From: Gemmatimonadota bacterium
GTDB lineage: Bacteria > Gemmatimonadota > Gemmatimonadetes > Palauibacterales > Palauibacteraceae
Assembly: GCA_039585235.1 (NCBI GenBank)
Contig: JBDGWG010000001.1
Coordinates: 1,022 to 65,021, forward strand
Length of the DNA: 64,000 nucleotides
Direction: 5' to 3'
Position numbers and translations under genes: made by a program
The notes under the pieces: generated by a model
Told to the model about the DNA's origin: nothing
Seen by the model: only the letters and a program-made list of their open reading frames with translations
Database searches by the model: none
Shown here: in pieces, positions 60,685 to 64,000 of the stretch
Layout: every line of letters starts with the position of its first letter
How positions within the stretch are numbered: the first letter of the stretch is position 1

Positions 60685-62100
60685 ATGATCAGGTTCGCGA
60701 ACTTGCCAGCCCTCCTGTCGCAGACCGTGGACGGCGGAGTCCTCGAGCGGGTGACCGCGGTGAGAGACGCGGTGTGGGGCGTGCCGCTCATCGTGCTGCT
60801 CGTGGGAACCGGAGTATATCTAACCCTGCTCCTCCGGGGCCTGCAATTCCGCCAGCTACGGCGTGCCCTTCATCTGGCGTTCTTCAGGCGCCGGGAGGAA
60901 GGCGCTGACGGCGACATCTCGCACTTCCAAGCCCTCACGACGGCTCTCGCGGCGACAGTGGGGGCCGGCAACATCGTGGGTGTTGCGACCGCGATCTCCG
61001 CCGGAGGTCCCGGAGCCCTGTTCTGGATGTGGGTCGCGGGTCTCGTCGGGATGGCCACCAAGTACGCGGAGGCGGTGCTTGGCGTTCGCTTCCGGGAAAC
61101 GGACGCCCGAGGCGAGAAATCCGGCGGTCCGATGTACTACCTGGAGAACGGAATCCGGTGGGGGCGCCTGGGACGGATCCTGGCGATCGGCTTTGCCCTG
61201 TTCGCGACTCTCGCGGCCTTCGGGATCGGCAATGGCGCTCAGTCCAATTCTATCGCGGAGGCAGTCGGCAACGTCACCGGACTCTCGCGCCTGACGGTCG
61301 GGCTGGCGACCGCGTTCCTCGTCTCCATAGTCATACTGGGCGGTGTTCGGTCGATCGGCAGGTTCACGGCCGGGTTCGTGCCGGCGATGATCCTCCTCTA
61401 TATGGCTGCGGCGGGCCTGGTTCTTCTGCTCAATATCGACCGCGTTCCCGACGCGTTCCGCCTCGTGTTCGAGCACGCGTTCAGCGGCCGGGCCGCGGCG
61501 GGCGGCGCCGTCGGGTATACGATCGGCCAGGCCATCCGACACGGCTTATCCCAGGGCGTGTTCTCGAACGAGTCCGGGCTCGGAACCGGAGCGATCGCCG
61601 CCGCCGCGGCGCAGACTCGCGAACCCGTTCGCCAGGCCCTGATCTCGATGACGCAAGTGTTCATCGACACGCTCGTGGTGTGTACGTTCACCGGCATCGT
61701 GATCCTGGCAACGGGGGCCTGGGACACAGGACTCGACGGCGCCACCCTTACGCAGCAAGCGTTCTCGGCCGGCCTTCCGGGCGCATGGGGGCACCGCGTG
61801 GTGGCCGCGTGCCTCAGCTTCTTCGCCTTCAGCACGATCCTGGGCTGGTCTTACTACGGGGAGCGGAACCTGCAGTACCTGGTGGGCGTGAAAGCGATCG
61901 TGCCGTACCGGCTATTATTCGTGGCTGTGACAGCGGTAGCCGCGGTAGTCGAGCTCGATATCGTGTGGGCGGTGTCCCACGTGATGAACGGCCTGATGGC
62001 ACTGCCGAACCTGATCGGACTCCTGTTGCTTTCGGGGATCGTGTTCCGCGAGACGCGCTCGTACTTTGGCCGTTTCGGGAAAGAGCCCCCGCGCGCCTGA
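60685..62100 (+). CDS. Sodium:alanine (amino acid) symporter, AGCS family
   Basis: N-terminal block ISHFQALTTALAATVGAGNIVGVATAISAGGPGALFWMWVAGLVGMATKYAE, typical of AlsT/AgcS, and ~11 TM helices. Start at internal ATG 60685. Confidence 0.8.
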   Translation: MIRFANLPALLSQTVDGGVLERVTAVRDAVWGVPLIVLLVGTGVYLTLLLRGLQFRQLRRALHLAFFRRREEGADGDISHFQALTTALAATVGAGNIVGVATAISAGGPGALFWMWVAGLVGMATKYAEAVLGVRFRETDARGEKSGGPMYYLENGIRWGRLGRILAIGFALFATLAAFGIGNGAQSNSIAEAVGNVTGLSRLTVGLATAFLVSIVILGGVRSIGRFTAGFVPAMILLYMAAAGLVLLLNIDRVPDAFRLVFEHAFSGRAAAGGAVGYTIGQAIRHGLSQGVFSNESGLGTGAIAAAAAQTREPVRQALISMTQVFIDTLVVCTFTGIVILATGAWDTGLDGATLTQQAFSAGLPGAWGHRVVAACLSFFAFSTILGWSYYGERNLQYLVGVKAIVPYRLLFVAVTAVAAVVELDIVWAVSHVMNGLMALPNLIGLLLLSGIVFRETRSYFGRFGKEPPRA

Positions 62101-62130
62101 CCGGTCTGCGCGGAAACGCGTTCGCCGGAA

Positions 62131-62451
62131 TCAGCCCTCGAACGCCCGGTAGTGTCCCAGGTCGTAGGCCCTGATGCAGAGGATGTCCCGGGACCGGAAC
62201 CCTATCGTACCGAGGGTGGCAGTCTCGTCCGGGACCTTCCGCTCGGCGTACTCGACATAGAAGTCGGCCGGATCATCCGTTTCCCGCAGAAGCATGGCCT
62301 GAAGGCCCATCCGCTTCGCGTCTTTCACGGTCGTCAACGTCGGAAGCTCCGCTACGTGCTCCAGCCAGCGATCCGGCATGGCCAACCGCACAGTGACCGT
62401 TCCAGCAGAGTCCACCGACCCTGCGGTGTCTCCCGAGGCCGCTTCGCTCAT
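62131..62451 (-). CDS. Small hypothetical protein (106 aa), translationally coupled to upstream small ORF
   Basis: MSEAASGDTAGSVDSAGTVTVRLAMPDRWLEHVAELPTLTTVKDAKRMGLQAMLLRETDDPADFYVEYAERKVPDETATLGTIGFRSRDILCIRAYDLGHYRAFEG. The ATG overlaps the TGA of 62448-62708 (ATGA). Confidence 0.4.
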   Translation of the reverse strand: MSEAASGDTAGSVDSAGTVTVRLAMPDRWLEHVAELPTLTTVKDAKRMGLQAMLLRETDDPADFYVEYAERKVPDETATLGTIGFRSRDILCIRAYDLGHYRAFEG

Positions 62452-62708
62452 ACGTGCTCCAACGTGTACAGGAACCGTTTGGTGACGTCCGTGACGTCGA
62501 GTCCTACGACCCGGTCGGTCTCGGCGTGTACGTTCGTGTGCCCGTGCTCCCGGTCGACCCGGATCGCCGCGGTCCCGATGACGCCCTCGAAACGAATCGT
62601 GTCCGCCGATTCGTCGGCGACCTGGAGGAGCGTGTGAGCGGCGTAGAACTCCCTTGCCCGCCGGAGCACATCTTCCGGCGGAACGTGGGTCATGACGAGA
62701 TATCGCAT
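62448..62708 (-). CDS. Small hypothetical protein (86 aa)
   Basis: MRYLVMTHVPPEDVLRRAREFYAAHTLLQVADESADTIRFEGVIGTAAIRVDREHGHTNVHAETDRVVGLDVTDVTKRFLYTLEHV. Coding-like composition and coupled to the downstream ORF; no recognisable motif. Confidence 0.35.
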   Translation of the reverse strand: MRYLVMTHVPPEDVLRRAREFYAAHTLLQVADESADTIRFEGVIGTAAIRVDREHGHTNVHAETDRVVGLDVTDVTKRFLYTLEHV

Positions 62709-62927
62709 CGAACAGGCTCGCTGGTGAATGGCCCGGGTCCGTCCTCGCCCGGCGCGGCGTCTCCGCCCACCGGAGCGTCAACTTCGGACTACCCGACGGC
62801 CGCGTCAACCTCAAGTAGCGCCGCTTCCGAGGCCGCTTGCCCGCCGGGCCGAACCGCAGGATCTTGGGCTGATCCACCGCGCTCGGACAACGGCAGGCGC
62901 GGATACCCGATCCAGTTGAAACCGAGC

Positions 62928-64000
62928 ATGAGACAGTCCACGGAGTTCGGCAGGTTCTTCCTTCCCGGCCCCACCGAAGTCCGCCCGGAAGTGCTCGCGG
63001 CGATGGTCCGACCCGTGATCGGACATCGGGGGGCCGACATGGAACGACTCCTCGGCGGGATGGACCCGGCGCTCCGCCAGCTGTTTCGTACCAGGCGGCC
63101 AGTGTATGTCTCGACGTCGTCCGCTACCGGGTTCATGGAAGCCGCGATCACCAACCTGAGCCGGCGCAGAATCCTGTGCCTGGTGGGCGGGGCCTTCGGG
63201 GCCAGGTTCCGTGAGATCGCGGAGCGCTGCGGCCGCCCGGCGGACACCCTCGACGTGGAGTGGGGGACCCCGCACACACCGGAGCTCCTCCGTCGAGCGC
63301 TGGAAGCCGACCTCGGGACGTACGACCTCGTGACGGTGGTGCACTCCGAGACCTCGACCGGGGTCCTCAACCCGGTGGGCGAGTTGGGGGCCGTCGTTCG
63401 GGCCTACGAGGACGTGCTGATCGCTGTGGACGGCGTGACTTCCGTGGGCGGCGCCCCGGTCGAGTTCGATCGATGGGACCTCGATTTCCTGCTGGCTGGC
63501 TCGCAGAAGGCACTGGCTCTTCCCCCGGGCTTGGCTCTGGCAGCCGCCTCCGTCCGGGCCGTGCAGCGGGCGCAAGAGATCGAGGCCCGAAGCTACTACT
63601 TCGATCTCCTCGAGTTCGAACGCAGGGCCGCGGAGTTCCAGACGACGAACACACCCGCCGTCAACCTGTTGTACGCCCTCGAGGAGCAGCTCGAGCGCAT
63701 CATGAGAGAGGAACTGGAGAACCGCTGGGCGCGGCACCGGGAGATGGCCGAGCGAACCTGGGCCTGGGTCGACGACCTGGCGGCGCGAACCGGCCTCGAG
63801 TTCTCGGTGCTCGCGTCCGAGGGCTACCGCTCTCCGACCGTGACCGCAGTGAGACTTCCCGAAGGTCTGTCCGGTCCGGCGATCGTCGCAGCCGCGGCGG
63901 CAAGGGATTTCACGCTCGCAGCCGGATACGGGAAGCTCAAGCCTTCGACCATTCGGATCGGCCACATGGGCGACCATACGCTGGCCGAGCTGGATGACCT
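62928..64000 (+). CDS. Class V aminotransferase (serine--pyruvate/alanine--glyoxylate aminotransferase family), partial (3' end beyond window)
   Basis: Manual translation from ATG 62928: MRQSTEFGRFFLPGPTEVRPEVLAAMVRPVIGHRGADMERLL...VHSETSTGVLNP...LLAGSQKALALPPGLA...RIGHMGDHT with no stop to the window end. LPGPT..V, SETSTG and (S/G)xQK(PLP-Lys) are class-V aminotransferase hallmarks. Absent from the ORF track because no stop lies in the window. Confidence 0.7.
   Translation, partial: MRQSTEFGRFFLPGPTEVRPEVLAAMVRPVIGHRGADMERLLGGMDPALRQLFRTRRPVYVSTSSATGFMEAAITNLSRRRILCLVGGAFGARFREIAERCGRPADTLDVEWGTPHTPELLRRALEADLGTYDLVTVVHSETSTGVLNPVGELGAVVRAYEDVLIAVDGVTSVGGAPVEFDRWDLDFLLAGSQKALALPPGLALAAASVRAVQRAQEIEARSYYFDLLEFERRAAEFQTTNTPAVNLLYALEEQLERIMREELENRWARHREMAERTWAWVDDLAARTGLEFSVLASEGYRSPTVTAVRLPEGLSGPAIVAAAAARDFTLAAGYGKLKPSTIRIGHMGDHTLAELDD

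Noticed and set aside
62789-63997. 388-aa and 193-aa minus ORFs and 245-aa plus ORF (63260-63997) near the right edge
   Set aside because: They overlap the class-V aminotransferase reading frame starting at 62928, which has conserved PLP-enzyme blocks. The alternatives are Arg/Gly-rich.
1-64000. CRISPR arrays, IS elements, integrases or phage genes
   Set aside because: No regularly spaced direct repeats were found, and no transposase or integrase motifs (DDE, tyrosine recombinase R..H..R..Y) in any convincing ORF. GC content is uniform apart from two short AT-rich promoter-like patches.

Overview
GC-rich (~68-70%) chromosomal segment from a Gram-negative (diderm) bacterium; the taxon cannot be assigned from sequence alone. 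Coordinates and products below are from manual translation and motif reading only, with no database searches. Positions 1-17,740 are dominated by a tightly packed minus-strand array of at least 13 genes. These comprise two Rieske/cytochrome b modules, each with a C-terminally anchored nonaheme cytochrome c; a four-domain monoheme cytochrome c; a dodecaheme cytochrome translationally coupled to an outer-membrane beta-barrel; two proteins fusing many c-type hemes to a dihaem cytochrome b membrane domain; and a NapC/NrfH-type quinol-dehydrogenase module fused to ~21 hemes. A further membrane-anchored multiheme cytochrome runs off the left edge. A small tandem-repeat tetraheme cytochrome and a lipoprotein multiheme cytochrome lie at 18-20 kb, giving more than 100 CXXCH heme sites in 20 kb. 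Together they look like a previously undescribed respiratory and extracellular-electron-transfer supercluster. The matching System I cytochrome c maturation operon (ccmABCDEFGH) lies at 45.8-51.8 kb, and its ccmA has a start-codon anomaly. The rest is core or accessory chromosome: a CDF transporter, leuS, yggX, a tandem Usp, an orphan Dam-like methyltransferase, kdtA/msbA, uvrA, a GT2 glycosyltransferase, gyrA, threonine dehydratase, a DsbA-VKOR pair, a sigma-70 factor, apgM, copA, pspA, an RCK channel, a degenerate DEAD-box/DbpA protein, an AGCS transporter, and a class-V aminotransferase running off the right edge. No rRNA, tRNA, CRISPR array or obvious mobile element was seen. Many long ORFs in the track are GC-frame artefacts antisense to real genes and were not called.
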